Assembly (NCBI GenBank): GCA_964016885.1 | Contig: OZ024742.1 | Span: 148,924,001 to 148,988,000, forward strand | DNA length: 64,000 bases | Direction of reading: 5' to 3' | Source: Eledone cirrhosa | Lineage: Eukaryota | Shown here: positions 25,362-40,700 of the stretch, piece after piece | Numbering within the stretch: position 1 is the stretch's first letter | How the letters are laid out: each line of letters starts with the position of its first letter | Notes under the pieces: generated by a model | The model's database searches: none | What the model saw: the letters and a program-made list of their open reading frames with translations, nothing else | Told to the model about the DNA's origin: nothing | Translations under genes and position numbers: made by a program

Positions 25362-27499
25362 CATTAGCCGTCGAAACGGCTTGAGCTCAGCCGTCGGGGT
25401 CCTACTTGTTCCTATATATATATATGTGTGTGTGTGTAGTTATTATTAAGGAGTTATTTTCATACTTCCTTTCACTTCCTGCATCACAATCATATTCCAA
25501 CAGCGTGTTTTACTCAGATTTTGTGCAAAACAATAGGAAGTTTAAATTAAAAGTTTTATTTTCTGTATCCAGAACGAAATGTTTAATGTAATCTAGCACT
25601 TTACTTATGCTGATTTCAAATTCCGCTGCGTTGCTTATGTCCTTCTGGCTTCTGTAGATTGACGAGCACCAGAAAAACAACACTAACAACAAACATAATT
25701 GTCAGCCATTCAGCGAATATCTACGTGTTATGTGACCTCTTAAAAATTTTTGTTTGTTTTTATTTCGTCACCATTAGAACCTCGGTATGTTTTCATGTAT
25801 GAAATGACAGTATATTTTAAATGCTTTTGCGCTCTTTTCCGCTGGGTGCAGCCCCAGTACTGCCGCGCCCTAAGCCTAGAGCCCATCACCCTTCCCCCTC
25901 CCATTTCTCTGTGACCCTAGAGCCCATGCCTTTTCTTTCCTTTTCCGTTTTCATAACCACAAAAGAGACTTGAATTGTTTTTTACAATAAAACATTTGTA
26001 AATTTAATAAGTGAGTTCTGAAATTCAGTATGACATATCTAATAAAATAATTGTTTCTACTTTTGGCACAAGGCCAGCAAATACCCAGTGTATTACTGGT
26101 ACTTTATTTTATCAACCTCATAAGGATGAAAGGCAAAGTTAACCTCGGCGGGATTTGAACTCAGAATGGCAAAGGCCGTAACTCTATGCGTCAAAAGCAT
26201 GGCGTCCGACCCTCTACCGATACTGCCAATCCACATACGAAGTCCTCGCATCCCTTTTAATATTCTTTTTCATATCTGAATACATGATGAAATTATTGGT
26301 TGTAACAAAACAAAACCTAAAAAATAAGGGACGGGAAATGTAACATCCTTAAATTATATTTTAGAAAAAAATAACACCTAATCATTTCATTATATTTCTA
26401 GTATAGGCACAAGACCGGTAATTTGGGGGGAGGGGAAAGTTGAAAAATCGAATAAAGTACGTTACTGGAGCTTTATTTTATCGACAAAGTAAGGATAAAA
26501 TAAAGCACAAGTAACGTACGTACTGGGGTCGATTTAATCGACTTTCCCCTCAAACAAAATTACTGGCCTTGTGTCTATACTAGAAATCATTATATTGTAA
26601 ATGTTTTTCCTTGTGACTGATTAGTTGTGAGCCAACTGTCACTGTGACCAGGATTTAACCAATGTAATCGATAATTCAAGAAATCTGATACTGTTTAAAT
26701 AGTTGGTATTTCTGTTTTGCTTTATTTGGTATTGAATTAACTAGATTCATTGAGAAATTTAATTGTCATTTGTTTTTGTGTTTAAACTTCAACATTTCTT
26801 CAATACTAACTCTTTCTATTTAAAACGACAGTGCGAGAGCTTATATTTATTTTTCTCATTTTTACGGTGGTTACGTGTGAAATATTTTGTTTTGTGGTAA
26901 ATAATTAACAAATGAAATTTATATAACAAAAAAGTAGTTTGGTACTTATGTATTTTTAGGGCAACTGCAAGATAATTTTGGGAGTCAATAAAAATACTAG
27001 AATCGGATGTAAATGAAATAGACTTAATTGTTAACATAGAAAGATTAACAAAAAAAAGTGTTTACATGTTATTTTAAAAGATTGTTGGCAGTTTTGCGAG
27101 GAGCACACGCAGTACTCACTGGAATCTTATAAACCCATAAATACTGAACATAATTGTTTTACTGATTTGAAACTGCATCAACTATTTAGACGAATATGTA
27201 CTGTTCGTCTGACCTTTCTTTATGTTTAGGGTATCTCTATTTATAAACATCTGCAACATTGTAGTACTATACATTATAGAGATGTACTTTATAAAATGTT
27301 GAGATTCGTAAATATTCAATCAATTGTAAATCATTATTAACAATATATATAATTTGAAATAAATTCATCGTTAAATAACGTCGAAAGCAATTAATAAATA
27401 ATTGTTTCAATGACAGGTGGGGGTGTGATATCTTTTTATGTTTATATTTATTTTACATAAAGTCTGATTAAAAAGATATTCCTTAATTTCTTGTCCTAT

Positions 27500-28080
27500 T
27501 CTAGCAGTTTTTATTGTCTCCTCGGGAAATGAACTTTCTCAAATACTCAGAAGACTCACTAGAAGTAGATAATAGTTTTTGCTATCCAAGGGACCTCATC
27601 ATTAGTGGAAGTGGTGTAGCCAGAGTGAGAATAGTGCGGAAGAAGTTTATAGAGCTGTTAACTCTGATGGCAACGAAAGACTTCTCTCTTAGAGTGAAGA
27701 GCAGATTATATGGTGCTTGTGTACGAACTGTTATGCTACATTGCAACAAGAGATGGGATCTGAGTACAGATCTGTCACAGCTAAAAATAAATGTAACATA
27801 GACTTTGCTGGATGTGTAGAGTTAATGTATGGGAATGACAGAGCACAAGCGAACTGTGCATAAGAGCAATTAAATGTAGTGTGCAAGAGAGACGATTGCA
27901 CTGATATTGTCATGTGATATGTAAGGTACCGAGTTCCTGTGGGAAGGGAATACATGGGACGAAGTTGTGAAGAATGACCTCAACTGAACCTCATGAATGA
28001 GGTGACACATGACTGAGCTGACTGGTAATATGGTATAATACAAAAAACGCATCCACCAGTACAAACATTGCAATACTAAA
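27500..28080 (+). mobile_element. Old RTE fragment (post-RT region)
   Basis: GVARVRIVRKKFIELLTLMATKDFSLRVKSRLYGACVRTVMLH. Confidence 0.8.
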
Positions 28081-28499
28081 AGTAAATGTGGTGAGGGACT
28101 CGAGGTTACAGTATTCACAAGATAGGATTTGAGAGGACCCTTTAGTTTGGATAGATATGCGACAACATCTCTTGTGTTGGTGCCATGATAAAATACACCC
28201 AGTACATTCTGTAAAGTGGGAGTGGTAATGTCACAAAAAATGCAGCCAGTACACCTTGTAAATTATTGGAGTTAGGGAAGGGATCCAACCATTATAAACT
28301 ATGCCATATATGGGATCTGTGAGCAAGATAGGTTGCTCCAAAACATCTGGTTTCAGACTGACAACCCATACAATACATGCCAGCCAGCATGCAAACAGGA
28401 TGCAAAATGGTGGTAGATCAACTGCTTCATAAGACCCTTTCACTTTTAGTTTCATCCCGTTGTCTCCAATTTGGTCTGCATTAATCTTATTTCATGTAA

Positions 28500-29060
28500 T
28501 GAAAGCAATGCATCACAATATTTTTAATTGTTACTGTTGTTCCATAATTTGTTATGACCACATCTCATCAAAAGGAATAGGACATGATGTCACATCCATG
28601 CAAAATATGTTGTAGTCTGTTAGTATGAAGTATGGATTACTTGAGTAATAATCAGGGGGAAAATGCCTCAATCGCTCAAACCTCATTGTAATTGTTTCAA
28701 TCATTTGCTCTGCAATTCCATTTGATTGCAGGGATCATCATCGGGATCTTTTAATAAAGAATAGAACCTATTTTCTGTAGCCAATGACGATTGTTTGCAT
28801 GAAATGCAGGCAGCATTTCAAGAGAAAATTACTTGCAATGCCTGTTTTACAGTCCAAGCTCTTCCTATTTTGAATGTGAATGACATCAGGCCATCCTAAA
28901 AAGTAACCCATCATAATAAGCGACAATATGACACTATTAACATTCACATGGTCCATGTGTACATAAGTCCACAGATTTAACTCCATAGGTCACAAATGCA
29001 ACCTGTTCTTTTGAAAGTACATCTCTGCACATTAAGGACATCTGCATACATACTTCTCAA
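28500..29060 (-). mobile_element. Gypsy-type LTR retrotransposon integrase remnant
   Basis: WTYVHMDH...GWPDVIHIQNRKS and, in another frame, QSNGIAEQMIETI (PQSNGLAERMVQT motif). Confidence 0.7.
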
Positions 29061-29609
29061 GATTATACCAACATTATTAGCAATAATACTTGCTATTTTG
29101 AATTTGAATTGAAAGATATACTATTTCTTCATCTTCAGTGAAATTTAGAAGTTTGGTTTATGCAAAGAAATTATATAATTGTGAATTCAATGTATTTTAT
29201 CGAAGTTCATATCAGTGTTCTATCAATACTTTAATATCATTTTATGACTAGTTTGTACCTTAGCTATCACACTATTGTGTGTTCATTCAGAAATAAAATC
29301 TTTCTGTTTTGAATGTTATGATTGTATTTTGAATAACTGTGTTAGTAAAATAGTAAGAATCTATTCTGTGCAATAATATCACTTCAAGAAATGTCTTTTT
29401 TTTTTTATTAGGAAACTTCATTGAAGTAACTAACTTAAGAGAGCTTTAAAATATGTCTACATTTTTGAAAAACAACCAACCAATTATTAAATTAGGCTTA
29501 AACTTATATCGTGAATTTGATCTCGAATGTAAGATAATCATGTTTTAATTTTATTTACTATGCTGGGAAGTAAAACTTTTTCCGTTTTGTTTCAGAAAAT
29601 TTTAAAAAC

Positions 29610-29685
29610 ATGGGCCGGCGTGGAATGCCTGGTCGCCGACGGCAACTAATTCAATTGGATAATGCTCCAAAGACAAGCTATTTAA
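29610..29685 (+). CDS. FNBP4: FNBP4 coding exon 1 (acceptor ttcag at 29595 implies an upstream non-coding exon)
   Basis: aaacATGG start, MGRRGMPGRRRQLIQLDNAPKTSYL, donor gtaagt at 29686, phase 1. Confidence 0.9.
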
Positions 29686-31714
29686 GTAAGTTGATTTTAT
29701 TTTGCAATTTTAACCCTTTCTAATAAAAGACACTGCCTATAATTTTCAAGCTTTAGTAATATAACTTTTTCATTATTTATCTGGTATTTGGGACATAACT
29801 TAAAGGTCCACACATGAAATTATGATGGAAATTATTTTTAGATAAATATATGTATGTATCCTGGTTTTTAGAATAGACACACTATCAGCTAAAAGGGCTT
29901 GCACTAGGAAAGGTATCCAGTTGTAAAACAGTCTCAAAACATGCCATATAACCCATGCCAGCATGGAAAAGTGGATGTAAAAACAATGATGATGATAATA
30001 AACACTTTAAAATAAACAATTAAGTAACATAACACCAAGGATGGTATTGGTATCAAAAGGGTTAAGAAAGCTGAGATGATGATTTTTTTTTTTTTGTTCA
30101 GTTAGGATAACAACAGCATGTCATCCTTTGGTTGCATTTTATTTGGTTATTGACAATGTATTGGGATATTATCCTCAGAAATACCATCAACCATGAGTTT
30201 AAAAGACATATTTGTTTTATATATTGATTGTAAATATGTAGAAATGGACATTAAACAATGATAATAATGTAGTTTTGCAGGGTATGTTTTGGACAATTTG
30301 AATAAATACTTATTTCTCTGCAGACATCCTTGACAGAGACCCTATTTCAAACCATTCGACCACTCATTGAGGAAATGAGTGTAGCAAAACATGGGAGTGG
30401 TGGACTCATCAGACTGCTGAGTTTAAATATAAAGTGTATATAGAGAGATCTTCAGATGCAGATCATATTCTGACAGTATCTAAGATAGATTTTCATGGAA
30501 GAAGTTACAGGAATTAAATGATGTGCTAATGAGGAGGGGAGTGTCACTGAAACTAAATGGAAAGGTATATGTTGCATGTGTGAAGCATGCTATGCTTTAT
30601 GGGATCAAGACATGGGTGATGAAAGGGAGAATGGTCTGATGATGAGTGAAGTATCACAGAGAGAGAAAACAATGAATTGCAGATGATGATGATGGAAATA
30701 ATACCAGTGTTGAATGTTGTGAAGAGAAATGGAATGAGATGGTTGGGTCATGTGTTGAGGAAGGATGAAAGTGACTGAATGTGAAGAATTGAATATGGAA
30801 GGAAATAGAGAAGACCAAAAAGATATGACCAAAATAATAGAGGAGGAAATGAAAACTAGGGGCTGGTTTGCAGACAATAGGGAAAAGTGGAGTTGCTTGT
30901 AAGGCTAACCTCTACTTAAGCAGGGAAGATGGCTTTAAAATGCTTGTTGTTTTGTTGTATAAACAAGTTCTATTTGATGAACTTATATACTCTCAATAAG
31001 AATAACAGTTATGATTAATGTTTGTTATTTTTTATGTTTTTTAATTATTAATTGCTCACTCTAATTTTCTTGTCACAGCTCAAACTGGTTGTTATCGGCC
31101 TGATGACATATTTATTGAAAGCAAAAATGTTGTTAAAAGTAAGTTCCATAAATTAAAAAAAAATTTTTTTGTCTTTTCTACTGCTACTTCAATGGCCTTG
31201 GAGCTGGCTAGTGACATGTCACCTCCATTTTCATTTCCCTGATTGCTTCTTTGACTTTATAACTGTCTATTTCAGTTGCCAACCCCTCTGTTGAGTCTAC
31301 TGGAAGTAATCTCTTTACTCATTCTCCATATCAAATTCTCATAGTAGCATTCCCAGGCATCTTGATTCACACTGATATGTCATTTCGTTATATGAAACAC
31401 ATTACACCATTGATCCTTGCATCACAACGCATTAGCAAACCTCTTCCTATCTGCTTCTCTACATGATTAGTAAACCTGTCATCTAGCTTCTCTTTTAGCC
31501 ACTTAACTTTGCTTTTTGCTATCCCCATTTTTCCAGTCTTTCTATGCCTGTCTCTTAATTTTAATGGTACTGTTCTATTTGCAAGTTACTTTTCGTCTGG
31601 CTGGTACATTGCGCCAACCATCAGTGACCTGTTGCAAGTTATCTCAGGAATTTTAATTTTCCCTCTATATCATATATATCTATTTCCTTCTCATACATGT
31701 GATGTAGAGTTTTT

Positions 31715-31759
<45 letters not shown>

Positions 31760-34700
31760 AAAGCTCCTTGTTCTCCTTCTCCAGATTTTCCTGCATTTCT
31801 GATTCCATCTGATTCGTATTCTGATGTTACTAATAACTAATTTGTGTTCAGTGGTGCATTCTTGTCCGAGAAAAGACTTAATATTCATAACCATTTGTCT
31901 ATCATGTTTTCTGATGAGCATGAAGTCAATCTGGTTTGTATTCTAACCTGATTGGTAGGTGATTGAGTGGTTTACTGAAGTTAGCATTGCAAATGGTTAG
32001 ATCATTTGTATCACTGAATTCTAGAAGTCTTCATCTCTATATATTTCTCAAGCCATATCCATAGCCACCATGCACTGTATTGTAGCTATTTTGGTGCTGT
32101 CCAACATGCCCATTGAAGTCACCTACCAGGATGATGAGGTCACTGTCATAGAAATTGCCTTTTTTTGTTCTCTACTTAGCTCTTGGTTGTGGTGCATATG
32201 TAGAAATAACTGTTGTCATTCTATCACCTGTGATTTTTTTTTAAGCTTGAAAATTCTGTCATTTATTATAACTACCTCAATTATTTTGTATATCCACTTC
32301 TCAGCTAGAAAAATACATACTCCACCTACCCCATTATCGTTTCCTACCTAAAAGAGCTTGTATCTAAACTGTTTGCTTGTGAGGAATCTGGTTGATTGCT
32401 CCACAGTCTATCTCACCACTTGCACACAGCTCATATCTGCTTGTTTTCTCTCAAGTATATCCACAATTTCACTTTCACTTGCTCTAACTTTTGGTGTAGC
32501 TCTAAGTTGGGTTACTTTACAGTAGGGAGACGTCTTCTGGTGGTTGCATCATATTTTGGTATTAGCTCTCGGTACCTATTTTGTTGTAGTTTGGAGGGTC
32601 ATTCATTTTAGTTCACTTTATTGTAAATCCATTATTTATTGATTAGTTTGTTTAGCTTGGGTTTATCACACTGATCTTCCCTATGTACATCTGTTTCAAC
32701 ACTTGTTTTCATAGAAATAATCTTGCATCACAAATACAAAAGGAAATATGTATGTATAAATGGAAGAGATTGATGAGTTATTTAAAGTAAAAAATAAGTA
32801 GAGATCTATGTCAACAAATACTGATAGGGGAGGAAGAAATGAAGGTTTTAGGTTGAAGGAAAGCAATAAAGATAGTGATGGGCACTGGTAAAAGAGAGTG
32901 GTGAGTGTCAATGAAAGAAGGTAGGGTGAGAAAAAAAGAGTGATGACTAGCCATGCCTTGTTACATAGGTGCCATGATGGTAAAAAGTTTATCAATAGTA
33001 AACAATCCCACAGGGTCGCCTATCTCAGCTCTATCATAACTTCCGATGAAAACATTTGAACATTACATGTACTTCCAATGCACATAATGTTGAGGTTAGC
33101 AATTCTTATCTAACACATTGCTTCTAGTATTGCATATTACAACTGAAAACACATGTCTACACAAACTCAATCCCAGCAACCTACTTGCAATTGCTGAAGT
33201 CAAGCTACTTGAGATGTTGCCTTTCTAACTTTGTGGTACAATTAATATCTGCACTCTCTTTAGTTCCAGAGAGAGAAAGTAAAATTCATTTTTCTGTCCC
33301 ATTTGGAAGCTGAGAGGACATGACATAACTGCACTGCAATAAACTAGAGCATTGCCAATAGTAGCCTCTTTATATTCCAGTGTATTATGTAATTGGTACA
33401 AAGTAGATAATACACGAGAGAGCATGGTAGACAGTAAGAAAGAAAAGAGGGAGTGAGGAAAAGGGTCGCAAAGAGAGAGAAAAACAATAGTAAACCGTGC
33501 TAACTGTAATATGACTTGGGATTTGAATGTATTTTTTACTTCTTCTTCATACTTCTCCATTGATGAGATTGCTTACACACTGCAACACTTAAAAAGTTAA
33601 ATGAAAAATATGAGTGAGAAACTACTTAAGTGTAGCTACTGATTTCTCACATGGGGTGAGGGCCTGCATCATTCTTGCATACATTTCCCCTCTCTACCGA
33701 GTGCTCAGGCAAGCTCTTAGCCCACATCTCACCTACTGGATGAATTTTATCAGGGCACTAATACTAGGGAGGTTGTCATGTATTTGACACGGCTGAAGAG
33801 TTCTCATGACTCTTTGTTTTGCAGGTTTTCTATGGCTAGATGCCCTCCTTATCACCAACCACTTTATTGTGTGTACTGGTTGTGTTTGTTGTGTTGATCA
33901 CCAACACTGTAAGTGAAGAATATAAATATTCTTCACCTGAATGTAGTCATTATGTTAAGCACACTGCATAACATAAATTAAACAGAGCAGTAATAATAAT
34001 AGTAATCACCACCATCGTCTGTCAATTTTCCCTGGTAGTAACAACAGTTAACTCTTTTATTACTATATTTCCTTAGAAATACACTGTACTTGATTTAGTT
34101 ATTGAAGAATTTGGAGAGATTTACTAAAGTTATTTTAATATTAACATGTTTTTTGTAACATAACTTTGCAAAATTAGAATTATATTTGGTTTTAATTATA
34201 TAGAAACCCTTTAAAATCTGAGGTTTTGGGCAGGTTGGCATCAAAAGGGTTAAATAGAGAGGCACATACAAATATAGATATGTTGTCCACACATAATAAA
34301 CTGAATATATTGACAAATTAGTACTAGTAATATACTGGAATCAGTACAATACTCTAAATATGTATGCACCATTATTATTTTTTACAGGTAGTCTTTCACT
34401 TGTGTGTGATTATACTGGTTCAGACTCCGAATCTGAAGATGAATCAGATAAAGGCGAAAATGATTCTAACTTGAATCGAAATGGTAAGTTTATTTCTACT
34501 ACTAGGTTCCTGAAAATTTTTATCAATTAATCCTTACTACGTTTTAGTCAATGTTACACTAAACATTGCTAAAGTACTCATTCCTAAAGTTATCACTCTA
34601 GCTGTGTTTTCCCTTGAGCATCACTAGTATGGGGGGTTCTGTAAAGCTCCAGCTCCTCACACTAGGATGTACAACATTCTGCTCGCATGTTCTGCCTCAA

Positions 34701-37700
34701 AAAGTCTCACCCCTCTCATGCCAGCATGGAAAAACATATAAATCTAGTGATGATAACTAACAGTAGTTCTTGAAGTTAAGTGATGCAATATTTTGCTAAT
34801 TGAGATTTTTTGTTTTTCTCTTTGAAAATGAGTCAAATCTTTTCTGCCTATCACAACTATCAATGACTGAATTATACTAATTAGAGTGAGAAATATCAAA
34901 GAACGTTAGACACACCTTTTTGATTTCCATGTGTCTAACACGTGGGCATGCCTACAAAGATAGAAAACAGCACAGCTCCCATGATTTTCTGAAACATTTT
35001 TTCACGCTCAGAGTTGCTGAAGCATGGAACAAACTACCTGCATCAGTTGTTAGCTGTTGGGACACTGCATCCTTTAAAACCTTCATGCTTCCTGAGATTC
35101 GCCAACACTACAACTGATGTCCCCCCTCTATACACATGCACACATGTATTTCATGACTCATACACTGTTCATTTTCCTGACATTTGTACATTATTCTATG
35201 TACTATACATGCACCTTTGATGAGTTGTAGTGCACCTGAGCACTGTACACAATAATTTCATTATTATTATTATATAACTAAGACTGACAATTGACTTAAT
35301 TTGAATATAAATACATCTAGAACAAACCAAAGCTATCTACCAATTCAAGCAAACATAATCCCTAAACCTACATTCAACCTCACTCATCGGACCAATACCA
35401 CTGAAGGAAGAGTAAATATTATGTCCTTCGAAACCACTTTATAACATTTAGGTCAATGGTTGGCATTTTTTTTCTTCTCCTGAGTGGGATGCAAAAACTT
35501 CAATATATATTATGTGTGTGTGAATTGTTTGTCAAAGGATTTTGTAAAGCTAAATACATACAAAACCTTAATGTATGCTTTTAGAGCAAATCACACAATT
35601 CAGTTTGCTTTTGTCAGCTGTAAAAATCCTCATACCAACAATATGTCTTCTTCTCCTCTCCCCGAGAGGGTTGTTGGGGCTGAGTCCTCAAACACTTCTT
35701 CCAGCAGGTCCTGTCAGAAGCAACCTTCTCCAATTTATCCAGCTGGATCCCCAAGTGAGACCAGCCAAGCTCATCGATGTTATCTAATCATCATTTTCAG
35801 GGTCTCTTGTTGGTTGGTTTTGCCCATAAAATCTGTCCAACAATTCTTTCCTGAGACATTCTAACCACATGCCTACATGAAAATGTTCAAATTTGAAAAG
35901 TCATTCCACTCATTATAACATGTGAAAAATGAATGGAAAGCAAAAGCTCAAATTAACTGTATTATAATGTGTTTCAATATTCATGCGAAAGAAATTCTGT
36001 AAATGTTTATTTTAGGTGATTCTTCTGTTAAAAAAGATGATGTCAATTCTGGGAATGACTCAAAAGACAGTCTTCATGCTGAAATGCTTGGAATAGTTGG
36101 AGCGAAAGTAGAGACTCCATCAGATATATTCCGTCGGGAATTCAATGCTTATCAGAAAGAAACTGCTGCACCTTCCTACAATCGAGAGTTTATTGCTTTT
36201 CAAAAAGAGACGTCCCCATCACTAAATACCTCAAGTAATGTAACTACAGAAACTGTATCTACAACAACACAACATCAGAAGACAACTATTGCCTCGAAGG
36301 AAAATACTACAGTATCTGTGGATTCAAAATCAGTTTCTGGCACCACTGAAACATCAGAAAGTGTACCAAAAAGTTCAGATATTGATTCTCAAGTTGCTTC
36401 TTTCCTTGCTGTAAGTTATATTTTAATTTCACACAGTGTTTTTCCTGTTAAAGAAGAGGTTAGCTTTACAGGCTTCATACTCATCAATGGGAACCTTTTT
36501 GTGTCAGTGTTTTACAGATAGGTATCAACCCTTTTTGTTGCCACCTATGACACAGTATACTTATACTAAACCAAATGCACTCAGTTCATCATCTTCATTT
36601 AATGTCCTTTTCCCTGCTTGCAAGGCTTGCATGGATCTTCACAAACTGACCTTTCTGATGGACCAGGGACCTACATCTTGCTTGCATACAATCTCATGCT
36701 CTACCAAGTGCATTTTATCATGACACCAGCACTAGGGAGGTTGTAATGCTTTTAACACAGCTGAAGGACCCTCCACACCTTTTGTGTGGCAGGCTTTCTA
36801 TGGCTGGATGTCCTTCCTATCACCAACAACTTTACAATTCTATATTTTAATTGAATACTATAAAATGATGATTATGGCAGGTCAGTGGCAGTAGATAAGA
36901 CAGAGGACGGCATGGGTAGTTTGTTTTTTTGTATCTAAATTGCTACTTTAGGGTTCTCATTACAAATTTCTCATACTTGATGTAGCCTTTTATTCCACAA
37001 GCAAAATAAATAAAAAAATTATGACCTTTTTCTGAGTCAATGGAATTGGTGCGAATGATTGCTAGAAATTGAACTCCACTAAAGACAATTAACAGTCAGG
37101 TGGTATGCAGTTAAACTGGGTGGCATTTTTGGTCTTAAAAAGTCTTCCATGCAGTTTCCAGCTACCAAATTTCAATTACAAGGGTTTGGTTAATCTGAGG
37201 TTATGGTAGAAGACACTTGCCCAAGGTGCTACACAGTGGTATCAGACCCGAAATCATGTGATTGCAAGGCAAACTTCTTAATCGAACAGACATACCTTTG
37301 CCTATTAAAATAAGTACTAGTAATATTCTTGGATATAATTTTAAAAAAGTCAATGCTGGCATAGCTGTTTGGTTGAGAAGTTTGCTTCACAAACATATGG
37401 TTTCAGGTAGATGGAATGGATATTATTAAAATATGTACCACACTTTAAAAAATAGGATCTGGGACTGATATGATTGAAAGTAGTGCCCCAATATGGGCAC
37501 AGGCCAATGACTGAAACCAGTAAAACAATAAAGGAATACTGTGATTACCATGGTGCAAATGAGATGAAAGGAAATTTACAGCTCACACCTATGCAGGTTT
37601 TGCTGGCCTCCTATGAAGTTTCATCTGATGGGAGGCTTCATGAGTATTAGCAACATAAAAGAACTGAATTGCAAGTTTGTTTAACTGGAGGTTTACTCAT

Positions 37701-40700
37701 TCATCTATGATATGAATATATAATCTAAATTTTCAGAAGAGAATTAAATCTATTATCTATTAGGAATAAAATGAATTGTGTAATTTTAATAAAGATTAAT
37801 TGCATGATCCCTCATCTATATATATAAAACTGTGGTTGTCTGTCTGTCTATCGATTTTTGGCACACATCTCCTCTTAGAATCTCTCACAGAATTGCACCG
37901 AAATTGCTATACTTGTACATTGAGCCCTAGCGAAGACATCGGAAAAAAAAAAATTTCAAATTGACCCACCCTATGTGACGAAATCGAATATAATGTATCG
38001 ATTTTTGAGCGTAAGTTATCAGTTATTTCCCTTTGTTCTGTTTACATTGAGCGTCTTACGTAAAAAATTACGCTGGCTTTCTCAGCGTTTAAAATGACAT
38101 TAACACAATACACGAACAGTTGTCGTCGAGCCAGCAAAATATTGACCTGCAAAATTCATCAGTTCGAACACTAAGCTTCCGTTTTGCTTCATTTCCATTT
38201 AAAAGCATTTTAAAACAATATTTTTACTTGAAAACAAGTCTATTTAAAGACTAAGTAAAACAAGCAAATATTTCGTCGTTAGGCGTGTAGACAGACAGTC
38301 GTGCAGAGAGGTGATATAGGCGTGCAGACAGACATAACTGATAATTTGGTTACGCTAATGTTTTTATCTGCGTTGCAGTGTTTACATTTTCGATCTTTGT
38401 TAATAAATAACCAGTGCAGTTTTTATCCCCAGCATCCTCTTTTGTTATAACATTCGGGTTATCGTTATGTTTTCTTAACTTCATAAGGCATATTGTTGTT
38501 TGAGGGAATATTAATCAAAAACACCACATGCAAGTCTGCACAGTAGACACTACAGTTTTTAAGCCAAAAAAGAAACTTAACATTGTAACTTTAACACAGC
38601 TACTGAGCGACCCCGAGCAACGCCGGGCTTTACTGCTAGTTAACTATAAAAGGCAAGCAGTGTGATTATCATTGTTTTTACATTGACTTTTCATGCTGGC
38701 ATGGGTTGGCCAAGACCTTTTTAGGTTATGTTTTACAGTCAGATGCCCTTCCTGATGCAAACCATTCTTATGATACGCAGTGACACAGTGTACCAATTCT
38801 AAGCCAGATACATGTGATGTGATTGTAAATTCTTGTTGAACTGAATCTATGATCAAGTTTTGATCCTTTTATCATATTATATGATAATAATCTATGAAAC
38901 TGTTTAATGAAACTTCTCTTATCTTTTTCAAAATTTAGGAAATAGATGCTCTTGGAGAAGATGCTGAAGTTAAAGATAAAGATGCCAGTGCTGAAGATGA
39001 TAAGAAAGGTGATTCTGTTGTTGATCCTAGCAAAAGTGATCCATCTCTGCAACCTGATGCAAAGGAAACAAGTGAAGCCAATGGAGAAGCTATGTCTGTT
39101 GTTGCTAGTTATAAATCCTCAGGAGATTCTAGCAGCAGTGAAGAAGAACCAGCTGTATGCCTAGAAGGTAACAAAAGAGAATTCTCCCATGTCCCTTGAA
39201 ATTTGGGATTTTAATTAAGAAATTTATGTGAATGTTTTTGAATGCTACACATTATCAGATTCAAAGTAGATGTTATTGTTGCCACACATCATAATCATTA
39301 TTGTTGGGAACTGATGATGGTTAAACTACTGAGGATGTTGGCTAACTTGCCAAAATTTAACAATTGATATTTTTTTATTGGTTTTATCCTGCATCCTTTA
39401 TAAAGACATTGGATGGAGGCACCTGTTAAGAATCAAAATCTGCATCTCCTGGATACTGGGCGAGTACTTTAACCAATGTGTTGGTTGTTTACATTTTTAA
39501 CTTCAGGCTTAAAATCTTTTAAAAAGACAGAATTAGTGGCCAGCAGCTCTTTGGCATGGTGGTTGATTCACTCGCTCAGCATCTGTGAGATACATCTTTC
39601 AATTCCTCGTAGGTGCCTCTATCCACTTTTTTCTGTCTCCAAGGGTATTTTACCTGATACCAACCTGTAATGTGGTTGGCATTAACAAGGGCATCCAGCC
39701 ATAGAAAACTAAGCCAAAAATGGATCATATGAGCAAGACATTGTTACTCGATCTGGCTGACCATATAACATGACAACCAGTAAATGTTAAATGGTGATGA
39801 TCATGATCCCAGTTTATTTATAAAGAAGCTGTATTATCTGTGAATCTGTCGAACCATTTAGTTGAACATTTTGCATCTTTCTGTTTTCCAGAGCCTGTCA
39901 GTGAGTGGCAGCAGTGTCATGATGAAAGCACCCAGCACTACTATTACTGGAATATCAACACCAATGAAGTAACTTGGGAAATCCCTCCAGAGTTTACTCA
40001 GTACCTTCTCCTTTACAAGGAGTATGAGTTGACTATGAGTCGTTTAATCAAGGAGGGCAAGACAAAACCAAAGAAGAAAAAGACCAAATCTAAGCGGTAT
40101 TTAATATCTTATTCTTTAGTAGAGCAGTGGATTGGCAGGCTCAGAAGTGTGTTAGTGGTATTTAGTTATATGATTTTCTCTATTCTGAGTTCAAATCCTG
40201 CCAAAGTCAACTTTGCCTTTATCCCAAATTTGCTGACCTTGTGCCTAAATTAGAAATCTATATTTTGATTTACAGTCTTGACAATTACACATTCACACTT
40301 GATTATGATGCTCACAACAAAATGAGTACTTCCAGACTTGTACATGATTAAGAATGCACATAATTGGGAATTTATACACATTTGTATACATGTACACTTA
40401 AATGTATATTTACAAGCATGCATATATTTTATGTGAACAACACAAAACTAGATGTGCTCATATAAGAAGTGTATTCACAAGAAGTCCTGTAACGTTAATT
40501 AAATGAGAGGTTAATTAAATTAGGGTATTATAGTATAATACTAATTGAAAGAACTTAAGGAAATTAGAAAAATATATTAGTGGAAAGATTTAATAATAAT
40601 AATAATGAAAATATTGTGTACAGTGCTCAGGTGCACTACAACTCATCAAAAAGTGTATGTATAGTCATCATCATCATCATCATCGGGTTTAGCGTCCGTG

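Noticed and set aside
25510-25692. Minus-strand ORF as first exon of a divergent gene
   Set aside because: No in-frame ATG, weak splice signals and no recognisable homology.
35396-35445. ctgaaggaagag...tccttcgaaac hammerhead-like remnant
   Set aside because: The CUGANGA core is broken and there is no stem I/III.
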